63,810 bases of DNA from the NCBI RefSeq assembly GCF_001194135.2, contig NC_068999.1:1602669-1666478 (forward strand), read 5' to 3'. Positions 27,395-41,389 of this stretch are shown here, piece by piece; position 1 is the first letter of the stretch; the number at the start of each line of letters is the position of its first letter. The notes beneath the pieces are model-generated. The model made no database searches. It was given only the letters and a program-made list of their open reading frames with translations, and had not been told where the DNA came from. The DNA comes from Octopus bimaculoides. Taxonomy: Eukaryota. A program made the translations under genes and the position numbers.

Positions 27395-28484
27395 CTTTTA
27401 ACAGGACAACATACACACTAGAGAGGACAGTTAAAGAGCAAACCACGAATAAGTGTAATTTCAAAGGGAATGAAAAATAAAAACATTTCTATAGTTACCC
27501 CTAGACTGGAGTTTCTGAATTTATGTGTAAATAAATTAATTTGCCGTCTGTGCTTCTTCTGTAAGGGCGCTAAGATTAATGCATTTTATGCAGCACGCAG
27601 GATGCACGTGCTACAAACTTAGACATTCTAACTTTTCAAATCCACTGCGCAACGCAGTTAAATTCAACAGCAAATAATAAAAAAAAATTTAGCTGCGTAC
27701 AAAAAGAGCTTCGAAACTACGAAAATTTTACTGTGCAAATAATAAGGGTAGAAATTTTCGAGAAATTTTCTACCGGTGGAGAGCATGCATAACAAAGTCA
27801 ATAGACAACTATTAAAGGTCACCTGATTTGAGTATATATACGTACACTATTTTATATGAAAAATTTGTGTGTGTGTTTGTGTTTATGTATGCATATATAT
27901 ACATATATATATATATNNNNNNNNNNAGCGTTCGACAGAATAATTAGTACGTACAGCTCAAGACAGAATCTTAATATGCATTGCTTTCATTATATATTCT
28001 ACAGTATCAGAAGAAGACACGTATTATGGAAATTAATCGTCATTTTCGCTTACTTGTCAGCAATTTTCAAGTTCTTTTCGTGCTCTATTCTCTCTTTATT
28101 TCCTTGTACTCTTAGCTGTTGAGTCAGAATTGCCTAAGACCAGCTATGGTTACAGATAGATATGATAATCATAAACATCTTCGAATTATCTTAAATTGAT
28201 GTATATTTTATCTGGCTTCCTCTTCGTATAAATGTTACGGAATAAATTATCAATGTTATATTTATTGATAACCAGCATATATTTCAATATAGTCCACTTT
28301 ATTCCAAGATATTCCATTCTCAATCGTCCATTAACAGGAAGTTACATCCATATATATNNNNNNNNNNNNNNNNNNNNNNNNNNNNNNNNNNNNNNNNNNN
28401 NNNNNNNNNNNNNNNNNNNNNNNNNNNNNNNNNNNNNNNNNNNNNNNNNNNNNNNNNNNNNNNNNNNNNNNNNNNNNNNNNNNN

Positions 28485-28518
<34 letters not shown>

Positions 28519-29113
28519 TTGGAAAAGGATGCGTGGCGTTCGATCATATAATAATAGAAATAATATAGATATATGCATATATCCATACATATATGTACAT
28601 GCCTACGTCTATATGTATACATACATGCATAAATGTGTACAGGACATCACAAAAAGCGTTAAACACAATGAGAAACGAAAACATAAAAACGTTTCTCTTC
28701 CTAAATCAGAATTTTTACCAATTGTAACCAAATATGCTGCCTAGTCTCTCTGGAGACGAAAATAATGATCTTATTACTTCCAATAATGATATATTTTATG
28801 TTTATATAATATTTTATGTCAATAAATTATACAAAATATAAACACAAGTAGACAAAAGGAAACGCACACTCATTTGAGTAAAGGGTTTGTTTGATAACTT
28901 CCACCTCAGATTAAATTTCTGATTAATTTATTGAAAATCAAACAGCAGGAAAAAGAAGAAGACTTTTAGCAATATTCGAACTCAGAATGTAAAACTTCGC
29001 AGCTGAAAACATTTTCTCCATTGATGCGTCCAACCAACCATAGCATTCCTCTCATTAATATTTATTCAATCCTGCCAATAGCGAAATGTCACAATTCATT
29101 GATAATCTTTCTC

Positions 29114-29220
29114 TGGTTTATTTTCACGACCTTAAATGGATGAAAGATTGATCCGACTTCGGTAGGATTAGGAACCCGGAACGCACAGAGATGTGGCTAA
29201 ATAACGCAACGTATTTTCTC
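29114..29220 (-). mobile_element. Degenerate family-A SINE fragment
   Basis: TTATTTTCACGACCTTAAATGGATGAAAG...CCGACTTCGG...GAACCCGGAAC is the reverse complement of a diverged B-box plus core. Confidence 0.5.
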
Positions 29221-29970
29221 CATCTTTGGTATTCCGCAACTGTTTTCAGTAAAAATAGTAATCACAGACTGATGCTACTCAGAGAGTTATAAAGATTATA
29301 TGCATCAACACTGGAAACATTTTCTGACATAACTAGAATATAATCTATAAAAAAAAATCAACTAATGAGAGACAAAAGTATTTAAAAATATGATCAAAGG
29401 AAAATATAACGGAATATTTATTTGTATTGTTGATCAAACACAAAAGCGGTAATAATTAGTGGACAGGTGTAGAAGCGTGTGACGAAATAGTTTGATATCA
29501 ACAACTACAAGTTTGGCAGAAACATGAATATCACATATAAGAGCTTTTTTATTAAGAAATCTAAATATTTGTTACTGGTTTGGTTTCGAGGAAATGGCTA
29601 AACGGATGCTCTTCACGGACACTGTCAAGAAAAAACAGAACAGTATGCAGGGTTCAAGAAGGGTGATGCTATGTATTGACACTAATGGGTGTGGTGGTGG
29701 GTGTTTGCTTGGGATGGGTATAGTATGAGGTAATTTGGTAAGGTAAACAAATAATTCGATCATACCTCAGCGCGAATGAGAGGTGACCAGCTAGATGCCG
29801 CTGCTAAAGTGCTGAATAGGGGAGGCGTGAGGAAATAATCAGCACATCTGTGGACAAGAGGCTGGAAGTATTTTTGAGAGATTTCATATTCGTCATAGAC
29901 ATGGCATTTCTGTGGATGAATTCTAAGATTTTGTATGTGTGTGTGTGTAGAGAGAGAGAAAGAGAGAGAT

Positions 29971-30023
<53 letters not shown>

Positions 30024-30862
30024 TAGGTAGACACATATAAACATACCTACCTATATACATATATACATCCAAGTACACAAATACATATACTTTCCAGAAG
30101 TTTATCATTTAAGTATATATGAGCATGTTGAGATATGGAACGATATGCATGAGAATACATACATAAAACAAACCATTCAAATCTGCACATATACATACAT
30201 ACACACATACACGCATACATACATACACGCATACATACATACATACATACATACATACAGGCATACGTACATACGTAATACATACATAAAAGCAAAAATA
30301 CCCTGTTGATGATGTTGAAATTCCAATGAAGGAGCCTTGGGTCTACGTTAGAACCTGGCTCTTTCTCTATTGACAAGAAATCTTGAAACAAAAAAAAACT
30401 GAACAATGCCATGCATACATATATGCATACGTCCGTCCGTCCGTACGTACATAGACAACCGCGGCATATCAGCAAAATTTCCAGAGTTGACAACCAGCAA
30501 AAATGGTAACGATAGAAGAAGGCTTGGCGACAATTCTGAAAGTTACAGAAACACAGTTTTTCAAAGACCGGAGAGTCTGATGCTTTGTTGCTCTTTTTTT
30601 AAATCAATGCTGCAATGATTCAAGACTTTGTAATACATTTCCATGAATTTTATTGTATTTAAGAATTTTATTTTAGGTTCTATTTGCTTTTAATTATTTA
30701 TTCCTCTATTTCTAATTTTATTTTGAATCCAAAGAAAATTTTGAAGAATGGAGAGGACGTTTGGCATGTTTTTTTTTTCTCTTTACACAATAAGAGCCAA
30801 CTAGCGGGAGATCTGGAATGAAATGAGAGAAATGTATTAGAGCGTGGTGGGAAATGTGTTAA

Positions 30863-30896
<34 letters not shown>

Positions 30897-31538
30897 ATAC
30901 ACATTACTGTGTGTATGCATATATATATATATACATACATGCGCATGCATATGTATTNNNNNNNNNNNNNNNNNNNNNNNNNNNNNNNNNNNNNNNNNNN
31001 NNNNNNNNNNNNNNNNNNNNNNNNNNNNNNNNNNNNNNNNNNNNNNNNNNNNNNNNNNNNNNNNNNNNNNNNNNNNNNNNNNNNNNNNNNNNNNNNNNNN
31101 NNNNNNNNNNNNNNNNNNNNNNNNNNNNNNNNNNNNNNNNNNNNNNNNNNNNNNNNNNNNNNNNNNNNNNNNNNNNNNNNNNNNNNNNNNNNNNNNNNNN
31201 NNNNNNNNNNNNNNNNNNNNNNNNNNNNNNNNNNNNNNNNNNNNNNNNNNNNNNNNNNNNNNNNNNNNNNNNNNNNNNNNNNNNNNNNNNNNNNNNNNNN
31301 NNNNNNNNNNNNNNNNNNNNNNNNNNNNNNNNNNNNNNNNNNNNNNNNNNNNNNNNNNNNNNNNNNNNNNNNATATATATATATATATATACGCATATGA
31401 TACACACACATTTATATGTATGTGCGCGTGAGGCTGGATATGTACGTGTGTGCGTGCGTGTATTCATACGTAAAGGCAATGTTTATTTATTCATTTATAT
31501 AAACATACATGTACTTGTATACACAGGAGCATAAGAAG

Positions 31539-31574
<36 letters not shown>

Positions 31575-31633
31575 AACATACGCATACCCACATATATTAT
31601 GTGTATATATATGTGTGTGTGTGTGTGTATTCC

Positions 31634-31669
<36 letters not shown>

Positions 31670-31676
31670 CATACAC

Positions 31677-31715
<39 letters not shown>

Positions 31716-31719
31716 CATG

Positions 31720-31758
<39 letters not shown>

Positions 31759-34312
31759 ATGTGTGTGTGTGTGTGTATATATATATATGTATGTATGTAT
31801 GTGTATATATATATATCAGAAGACATGCACATGCGCACATAGGACTCAATTATTGCTACTGGAGGCGAATATTTCCGAATAGAATACGGAAAATTAGTAG
31901 ATATTGTGAATACAAGAGTAGAAAACTTGAAGACCGGCAGCTTTCACTACGATTACAAAAGACATGAGTGCGGGAAATTCTATGGTAAATTATGTTATAT
32001 TTTAGTCTTAATAAGAAAAGTTATAAAGGAAAGCGAAATATCCGATAGTTCTCACTCGTTGTCCCTCTATGCTATTGTGTGTGAGTGTGTGCCTGTGTGT
32101 GCGTGTGTCTATGTGTGCGTCGAATTGTATGTGTGTACGTGCAGACCTCTGTTATTGTGTGCACTCATATATATATANNNNNNNNNNNNNNNNNNNNNNN
32201 NNNNNNNNNNNNNNNNNNNNNNNNNNNNNNNNNNNNNNNNNNNNNNNNNNNNNNNNNNNNNNNNNNNNNNNNNNNNNNNNNNNNNNNNNNNNNNNNNNNN
32301 NNNNNNNNNNNNNNNNNNNNNNNNNNNNNNNNNNNNNNNNNNNNNNNNNNNNNNNNNNNNNNNNNNNNNNNNNNNNNNNNNNNNNNNNNNNNNNNNNNNN
32401 NNNNNNNNNNNNNNNNNNNNNNNNNNNNNNNNNNNNNNNNNNNNNNNNNNNNNNNNNNNNNNNNNNNNNNNNNNNNNNNNNNNNNNNNNNNNNNNNNNNN
32501 NNNNNNNNNNNNNNNNNNNNNNNNNNNNNNNNNNNNNNNNNNNNNNNNNNNNNNNNNNNNNNNNNNNNNNNNNNNNNNNNNNNNNNNNNNNNNNNNNNNN
32601 NNNNNNNNNNNNNNNNNNNNNNNNNNNNNNNNNNNNNNNNNNNNNNNNNNNNNNNNNNNNNNNNNNNNNNNNNNNNNNNNNNNNNNNNNNNNNNNNNNNN
32701 NNNNNNNNNNNNNNNNNNNNNNNNNNNNNNNNNNNNNNNNNNNNNNNNNNNNNNNNNNNNNNNNNNNNNNNNNNNNNNNNNNNNNNNNNNNNNNNNNNNN
32801 NNNNNNNNNNNNNNNNNNNNNNNNNNNNNNNNNNNNNNNNNNNNNNNNNNNNNNNNNNNNNNNNNNNNNNNNNNNNNNNNNNNNNNNNNNNNNNNNNNNN
32901 NNNNNNNNNNNNNNNNNNNNNNNNNNNNNNNNNNNNNNNNNNNNNNNNNNNNNNNNNNNNNNNNNNNNNNNNNNNNNNNNNNNNNNNNNNNNNNNNNNNN
33001 ATATATACACTCACACACACACTACACTCATATTTGTATATATTGACATATATGAATATATAAATATATACATATATAGTATATATATTTACACATGTAT
33101 CTGTGTGTGTGTGTTTGTGGATGTGTGGATGTGGTCATATAACGCATACACACGCGTAGATACACACAGATGTGTAATATAAATGCGTGTATGCGCATAT
33201 AGTTGTATATAAATTATAAAGAGAGAATGAAGGAAACTGAGGTCGCTGTTGAGAGATGTATTTATATGTATATATATATTTATGTGCAGATATGTATATA
33301 TGCATATATAAGCATACATGTGTCTATATATATATTTATATGTATATATATGTATTATATGTATATATATGTATGTATGTACATATATGTATGCGATTGT
33401 GTGTATATGGGTGTGTGTGTGTATTTATCAACTTCACTATCTTGACCGACCGTCTGTCCGGCCTGGTTTCGACACCACTGGTCAGTGTACGCCATCCATT
33501 CATCTCTATATACAAAGTGTATGTGCGTATTTGTACACACATATTTTATTTTATGTTTGTGCAATGAATAAAACGCAGCCAGATTGTGTTATTCTGCTGA
33601 TCTTCCATAATATCCACATATAACATATTCTGGTGAACAATGACACCTATTTACCTTGAAATAAGCGAGCACCTGTTATTCTTCCGACTTTGGTATGCGG
33701 TTTGATTTTATATTTTGTACACCGTATCTTCTTCAATTATAATCTTCCGAGAGAAAATCATCCTCAATCAGTTTCTTTTCAAGTATGCGGCTCTTAGCTT
33801 ATAAATTTTCTCTTACGATTTGAGAGATCTTGTCTGAAGCTCGAATCAATTCACCGAAGAAAGAACCAATTCTGATTTTTGTCCGTTTTTCTCTTTTCTA
33901 TTGTTCATTTTCCAATTATTTTAGCAAAATTCAAACATTAGCGAGTGTCACGGAAAGAAATATATATATAAAACACAAGTGCTAAAAAATATGTCAGTGA
34001 AACAAAATAAATACTGCCATTGACATTGGAAGTAATTGGAATGGAATTTCAACGACTTTCTAAGGTTCTTCATCTCAGTGAGAGACGCTGTCGAATACCA
34101 TCAAGATTTATTGAGATTTTTGGTGTCACGAAAGATTTCCATACTCGGATGTAAACATGCCAATGCAAGAATGTTAAACAACAGAACTACGTCCGAAGAA
34201 TATATCATATTATGAACCAGCATGGCTGCAATTCTCAATCTGAAACTAGGAAACCGATATTATGCATTGTCATATATAATATATGTATACATACATACAT
34301 TCATACATACGT

Positions 34313-34465
34313 AAGTGGCTGTATGGTAAGAACCTTGCTTCCCAACATCATAGTTCCGGTTTCATGTCCACGGCGTGGCAACTTGGGCAAGTGTCGTTTA
34401 CTACAGCCTCGGGCTGACCAAAGCCTTGTGAGCGGATTTGCTAGACGGAAACTGACAGAGGCCTG

Positions 34466-34538
<73 letters not shown>

Positions 34539-34770
34539 GTACGTATCTATGTATGCATGTATGTATATATGTATTTGTGTGTCTGTGTTTGTCACCACCT
34601 CCACCAACGCTTGACAACCAATTTTGGTGTAGCTACATTTCCATAACTTAGTGGTTCGGGAAAGAGAATAATAAAATATTCACCAGGCTTAAAAAGAATA
34701 AGTCAAGCGGTCAACTTCTTCGACTAAAAGATGGGGATCCAGCATGACCCCAGCCAAATTACGGTAACAA
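34313..34770 (+). mobile_element. Family-B SINE, full length, with internal (CA)n(TA)n
   Basis: GTGGCTGTATGGTAAG head, CTTGGGCAAGTGTC (CORE-like start), GACCAAAGCCTTGTGAG, a microsatellite, then CTTGACAACC...TCGACTAAA...CCAGCATG tail. Confidence 0.85.
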
Positions 34771-34773
34771 GTA

Positions 34774-34815
<42 letters not shown>

Positions 34816-34862
34816 CAAAATGAGCCCTACCAATATTTCAAAGGTCCAGTCTCTTATTACAT

Positions 34863-35010
34863 TCTGTGTCACGCTGCATCTCCCTGTGATCTACGTTAAG
34901 TGTATGCATGTCCGTGGAGCACTCAGCCACTTTTATGTTCATTTTACGAATAGGTTGTTCCATTGATCGAATCAACTGCAACACTCATTGTCGCAACCGA
35001 CGGTGAACCA
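34863..35010 (+). mobile_element. Family-C SINE 3' part
   Basis: TGTGTCACGCTGCATCTCCCTG..CTACGTTAAG continues the segment seen at the 3' end of 52919-53165. Confidence 0.65.
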
Positions 35011-35571
35011 GTTACAATATGAAATACAAAATATAATGTAGAACATGGAATAAGATCGAATATTCTATCACAGAGCACATATTTCTCTCGGTCGGTATTT
35101 CCTTCTGTCGTTCTTAACTTCTTTTCCATTTGCTTCGTGTGTTACTTATTTATTTGTGTTGTTATTTATGATTCCAAGAAATCTGTCTCCCAGAGATGAT
35201 GGAGCTAATGCGATGCAAAATATAAGAAGGTCAATTGATTAACAATACTTTATTGCTTCTGGTTGGACCCAGAAGAATTATGACAAACAGGAAGAATAGA
35301 AGAGAATGAGAATATAAATGAAAAAACAATGACAAATATAAGACAAAAGCAAGAAGAAAAGCAACGACGTTGATGCCACAGAACACAATTTATCTTAGAA
35401 TCGTGTCTTTGAATGTATTCGTTCGAATAGGTTTTAATAAAGACCATAATGTATACGCAATGCATACTTAAAAGTAAATATGTGCAGTTATATATACGTA
35501 AGTCTGTATATACATATATGTATGTATGTACATATATACATATGAGTATATATTCATACATACATATATAA

Positions 35572-35626
<55 letters not shown>

Positions 35627-36797
35627 NNNNNNNNNNNNNNNNNNNNNNNNNNNNNNNNNNNNNNNNNNNNNNNNNNNNNNNNNNNNNNNNNNNNNNNNNN
35701 NNNNNNNNNNNNNNNNNNNNNNNNNNNNNNNNNNNNNNNNNNNNNNNNNNNNNNNNNNNNNNNNNNNNNNNNNNNNNNNNNNNNNNNNNNNNNNNNNNNN
35801 NNNNNNNNNNNNNNNNNNNNNNNNNNNNNNNNNNNNNNNNNNNNNNNNNNNNNNNNNNNNNNNNNNNNNNNNNNNNNNNNNNNNNNNNNNNNNNNNNNNN
35901 NNNNNNNNNNNNNNNNNNNNNNNNNNNNNNNNNNNNNNNNNNNNNNNNNNNNNNNNNNNNNNNNNNNNNNNNNNNNNNNNNNNNNNNNNNNNNNNNNNNN
36001 NNNNNNNNNNNNNNNNNNNNNNNNNNNNNNNNNNNNNNNNNNNNNNNNNNNNNNNNNNNNNNNNNNNNNNNNNNNNNNNNNNNNNNNNNNNNATATATAT
36101 ATATATATACATTTATGGATGTACAGAGAGGGAAGAAAAAGAGAGAAAGAGAAGACAGATCTGTATAAGTAGGTGTCTATATAAGAATACATATCAGCAT
36201 ACGCACACAGGGTCATAACTATCGCGAGATATACGGCTGGCCATAATATATGATATAATAAATTAAAACAGTAAACAGTTGATACAACATTTTATTCTCG
36301 TCGCTTCCATTATGTCAGTGTTTGACTGCAACAATATTTTACTTGGTTCATACTAACAACATTACATTCCAAAAACATATAATTTAACACATTGCATATA
36401 ACACAAGGAAACCAAACTCGCAGACAAGAGTTTTATTGGAGTTTATACACGTAATACAAGAGATAGCAGGAAATATGAAAACGAATCAACTTTCTGGTTT
36501 GGCGGGATTAGAGATTATCCGTGATATTTGAGATTAAACTAAGAGGAAAAAGCTGATTAGAAATATTCATTTATTTTTTATATATGTATTTCATTATTTT
36601 TATATTGTGGTGTCTTTTTGGTACTTAGTATGTTTCATTTGTCTACGTATATAATAGATATATATATAAATCGAAATAGATGCGCCCTTTTAAAGCCTAG
36701 CAAGGCTCATGGGCCAGGTTTCCCGGTTTCAATGGCGTATGTATATTATATATATAGAGACATACATATATATCTATATCTCTCTCTCTCTATACGA

Positions 36798-36864
<67 letters not shown>

Positions 36865-37544
36865 TCTATGAGTGACGTGATTCACCACAATTTCTACTCA
36901 GACACTTTCTCAACGTGCTGCACACTGTGATTGAACCGGAGCTGACGTCGTTGAGAAGCGAGCCTCTTAACTTCTCAGTCAGCCGTGATATACGTCTCAG
37001 ACTGACAGCTGATAAAGTCTACTTCGAGAAACATGTGAAATCGAAAATATCAAATTGAACAAAACCCATGACTACTGAGTGCGGTTTCATATTTTCCATA
37101 TTCCAAGAGGCCTTCGGTTAAATGATGTCATCACGGAAAAGGTTAATTAATTGTTATTTGCTCATTGCTTGGATGATGAACACAATACGATCCTAGTGCC
37201 AAGTGTTAATATTTTTCACTGAAATAGGGAGATAATTCATATTAATATTTGCAAGCCACGCTAGTATTACTTCTTCGTCTGCAGATATTTATCATGTCAG
37301 GAACACTGACAATAATTTCTTTTTTTAATATGAATTAATAACTGTGTCAGCATTGAGACAATATCTCTATTGTAGAGTTGACATTTCAATTTCAATAATC
37401 ACGCGATTTTAGTTATCACGGTCGCCGTTATTAGTGTCGGCGTAGTTTGTCTCGTTTTCCCAGATTCCGACGCGTTTCATATGACTCTGCACCGAACTTG
37501 TTGATGGGGTGAGGGGGTTATAGGGAACCTTTTACTTTTGTTTT

Positions 37545-37805
37545 TGATGATGATGATGATGATGACAACGACGACGAAGGCGACAGCGGTGATGGTGATG
37601 ATCATGGTGTTCATGATGAAGGGTTGTGGTGATGATGATCTTAACTTGTATGTTAATTCATCATCATCATTATCGTCATCGTCGTCGTCATCATCATTAT
37701 AATCATCATCATCATTATCGTCATCATCATTATAATCATCATCATCAACAACAACGTCATCATCATTATCATCATTATAATCATCATCATCATCACTATC
37801 ATCAT
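37545..37805. repeat. Imperfect (GAT)n then (CAT)n trinucleotide tracts
   Basis: Directly visible; source of the His-rich ORF. Confidence 0.9.
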
Positions 37806-38350
37806 TTGCAAATTAATATGAAAATTAAATCAATTTGCGTGTTTTTCGGAAAGAAAATGTGATTGTTGTCTGAAGGCAAGGGCCACCTCTGACCTGTTTC
37901 ACACCGTTAAGATTCCTTCTTCATGTAAATGTGGCCTCTTCAGTAATCCTTTGAGTCATTTATTCTTAACTGCACGAAATTATCTCCCCATTCTAATAAC
38001 TGCCGCTAGGTGTCTGTAAATTTTTCTCCCTTCCAAAAAATGAAAAAAAAAAAGAAAAAAAAAGGAAGAAAATTCAGAAATAAACGGAAATTTCAATTAC
38101 GGATTTCTAGTCTTTATTTAATTTATTTATTATTTTTTTTTTTGCGTGCGTCACATTCTCTCTTAACATATTTACAGTAATTTATATTTTTGGCCCGTTT
38201 GACTTATTTCACTGAAATTGTGNNNNNNNNNNNNNNNNNNNNNNNNNNNNNNNNNNNNNNNNNNNNNNNNNNNNNNNNNNNNNNNNNNNNNNNNNNNNNN
38301 NNNNNNNNNNNNNNNNNNNNNNNNNNNNNNNNNNNNNNNNNNNNNNNNNN

Positions 38351-38382
<32 letters not shown>

Positions 38383-38910
38383 GTGTGTTAGAATCTGCCA
38401 TTAAGATTTCGACAGATGACAATTCCAATTTAGCAATCAGGCTACCATAGCTATCATGTCGTCTATCGACGTCTGTTTCTTCTATTTTCCCTGACACGGC
38501 TGCTTTTGATATTTCTCTCTAAATTCTTCGTTATTCTTCTTGTTGTTAATGTTGTTGTAGGTTCTTTCGTTGTTGTAGTAGTTTGTGTTATTACTTGAGT
38601 TGTACCTTTGATTGTTTTCTTTTAAGTCCAATGAAAAATCCTTCATCTTGTCGTTTATCTTTTTTCCTCAGAGAAATTGTATGGTGCTGTTATTGTTGTT
38701 ATTGTTGCTGTAAGGTGCTGCTGCTGCTTGCTGGCGCCGTCCTCGTTGTTGTTCTTCATATTCCTGCTGTTTTTGTTGTTAGCTTTATCGTTTTCATTTC
38801 GGAGCTGTCATGTAGTTTCCGTTGATTGTTATGTTTTATACGCTTTAGTCTCACTCTAGTTGCAGTTATCGTTGTCATCGATTTCCTTATACTTATTGAG
38901 TTATTGATCA

Positions 38911-39020
38911 GAGCACGTGGTCTCATGGTTAGCGCTCTGCACGCGCTATTGCAAAATCGTGACTCGCATTCTGGGGCGGGCGTTGTGCTCTTGCGCAAAA
39001 CCTTTCATGCCACGTTGCTG
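38911..39020 (+). mobile_element. Family-C SINE 5' part, diverged
   Basis: GCACGTGGTCTCATGGTTAGCG (A box) ... GTTGTGCTCTTGCGCAAAACCTTTCATGCCACGTTGCT (CORE-like). Confidence 0.55.
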
Positions 39021-39561
39021 CTCACCAATGAACTATAAATTAGAAAAACTTCAAGGGGCCATTGATTAGTAAATCTTCAAGGGGGTGCTGCCCCGTTAAA
39101 AGGGAAAGTGATATCAGTCACTTATACACCATGGAAAGATGGCAGCTTGCCTTAAGAGTCTTAGGATTCGAGACAGTACTTACCTTACATTTCTTGTTAT
39201 CGATATAGTTTTACAATATTTTTTTCTTTTAAAAAAGTGAACTTATATCATTGCTGCTCTGGTCTGTATGATGAGTTTTGGATTGCGAGAATCTTTACAG
39301 CATCAAAAAGGATGCCATCTGGTATTTCTTTCGGCTGGTTTTGTTCTGAGAAAAAAGCCTCTTTTCTTTCTAATGTCGATAAAATAAAGAATAGCTAAGT
39401 ACTGGAGTCGATGTTAACGACATATACCCTCCCCTTACATACTGGAAAGTCCCAAAGAATCGTTACATTTTCGCCCTCAGTTACATCCACTGGGTGTTGC
39501 TTATACTATTTGTCAACGGTTTTTATTTCATAATGCCGACATAATAACCAATGTAGATTTT

Positions 39562-39620
39562 GGACGAAATGCCGCAAGGCATTTTACCTAGCGTACTAAC
39601 TATTCTGCCGGCTCGCCACT
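39562..39620 (-). mobile_element. Family-A SINE 5' head fragment
   Basis: GACGAAATGCCGC...CTAAC.ATTCTGCCGGCTCGCC is the reverse complement of the family-A head. Confidence 0.6.
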
Positions 39621-39621
39621 T

Positions 39622-39665
<44 letters not shown>

Positions 39666-39895
39666 TACAAGGTATATAATGATGATGACAATGATATCCA
39701 CACTGGTATTTCATTTGGTATTTTCTTTCCCGATTTATAACATCCAACTAAAGTTTATTCTTTTGTTAACATCTTGTCAAATGTGTTTTTATCTTATTAT
39801 TCCTTTCTAGCTCTCAGTGTTTTCGTATTCATTTATATTTTTATTCCTGCTGTTTTTATTCATTTATTTATTCATTTATGTCTGTGAATATTCAT

Positions 39896-39926
<31 letters not shown>

Positions 39927-40961
39927 TTCTTCGTGTTTGACATCGTCTCCGTTACAATCTCTTCAGCTTTGAATGTTTGTCCTATCTTTCGTTTATTCTC
40001 TGTTTTGATTTGTTAAATGCACACAGACGCACACATATACAGACACCCACATTGTCACACTCACAGACACACACACACACACACACACACACACGTACGC
40101 ACACGCATACTGACACACATACAGACGCACACAGAAACATACCCACGCACACACATAGATGCTTATATATATATANNNNNNNNNNNNNNNNNNNNNNNNN
40201 NNNNNNNNNNNNNNNNNNNNNNNNNNNNNNNNNNNNNNNNNNNNNNNNNNNNNNNNNNNNNNNNNNNNNNNNNNNNNNNNNNNNNNNNNNNNNNNNNNNN
40301 NNNNNNNNNNNNNNNNNNNNNNNNNNNNNNNNNNNNNNNNNNNNNNNNNNNNNNNNNNNNNNNNNNNNNNNNNNNNNNNNNNNNNNNNNNNNNNNNNNNN
40401 NNNNNNNNNNNNNNNNNNNNNNNNNNNNNNNNNNNNNNNNNNNNNNNNNNNNNNNNNNNNNNNNNNNNNNNNNNNNNNNNNNNNNNNNNNNNNNGTATGT
40501 ATGTATATACATACATATACATGGCTCTGTGTGTTTGTGTGTTTGTGTTTGTGCGTGTCTTTCTTTAGAATGAAGAATGAAATGTTTTGGAGCGTGTATT
40601 TTATTTTCCCCTTCCGCACCAAATAGGCACTTTACACACATCTTCACCTAGACGCATATATACCCGCATATATACACACATTCCCCTGTGCCACCCAGCC
40701 TCCATTCGCTGTCTATATAAACCGTCAATTTTGCAAATATCAACCAGAATGTTAAAATCGGGAATTGTCTTGTCTGATTCTTTTGAACGACTTGGTAATA
40801 ATGTTATTACAGACTCTTTTTTTTTTTTGGTGTGGTTTATATTTTTGTTGTTGTTTTGTTTTGAGGATATAATTTTATTATTTTTTAACTATATATTATA
40901 ACTGATTTTACATTAGTTTCAAATGTTGGCACAAGGTTAGTAAGTTCGAAGGAGGGAATAC

Positions 40962-41062
40962 GTAGATTATACCGACCGCAGTGTTCAACTGGTAACTTAA
41001 TCTGTCAACCCTGAAAGGATAAAAGGAAAAGTAGACATCGGTGGGATTCGAACTCGGAACTT
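40962..41062 (-). mobile_element. Degenerate family-A SINE fragment
   Basis: CTGGTAACTTAAT...ACCCTGAAAGGATAAAAGGAAAAGTAGACATCGG...ATTCGAACTCGGAAC is a diverged reverse-complement core plus B box. Confidence 0.6.
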
Positions 41063-41178
41063 AGAAGGCCTGAATTGACTAGTCAATAAGTACAGGTCCT
41101 CCAACTGTGACTACCACATCTTATTCGCAAACTTACATATGTCTTTCGTTTCTAAGAATGTACTAGAATCGCATAACA

Positions 41179-41389
41179 TATTCTTTTCTACTCTAGGCAC
41201 AGGGCCCGAAATTTGGTGGGAGGAGGCCAATCGATTAGATCGACCCCAGCTGGTACTTAATTTATCGACCCCGAAAGGATGAAAGGCAAAATCGACCTCG
41301 GCGAAATTTGAACTCAGAATATAAAGACAGACGAAACGCCGTTAAGCATTTCGCCCGGCGTCCTAACGCTTCTGCCAGCTCGCCGCCTT
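41179..41389 (-). mobile_element. Monomeric family-A SINE, full length, with TSD
   Basis: Reverse complement begins AAGGCGGCGAGCTGGCAGAAGCGTTAGG and ends TGTGCCTAGAGTAGAAAAGAATA. Flanked by ATCGCA(T/C)AACATATTC at 41168-41183 and 41390-41405. Confidence 0.9.
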
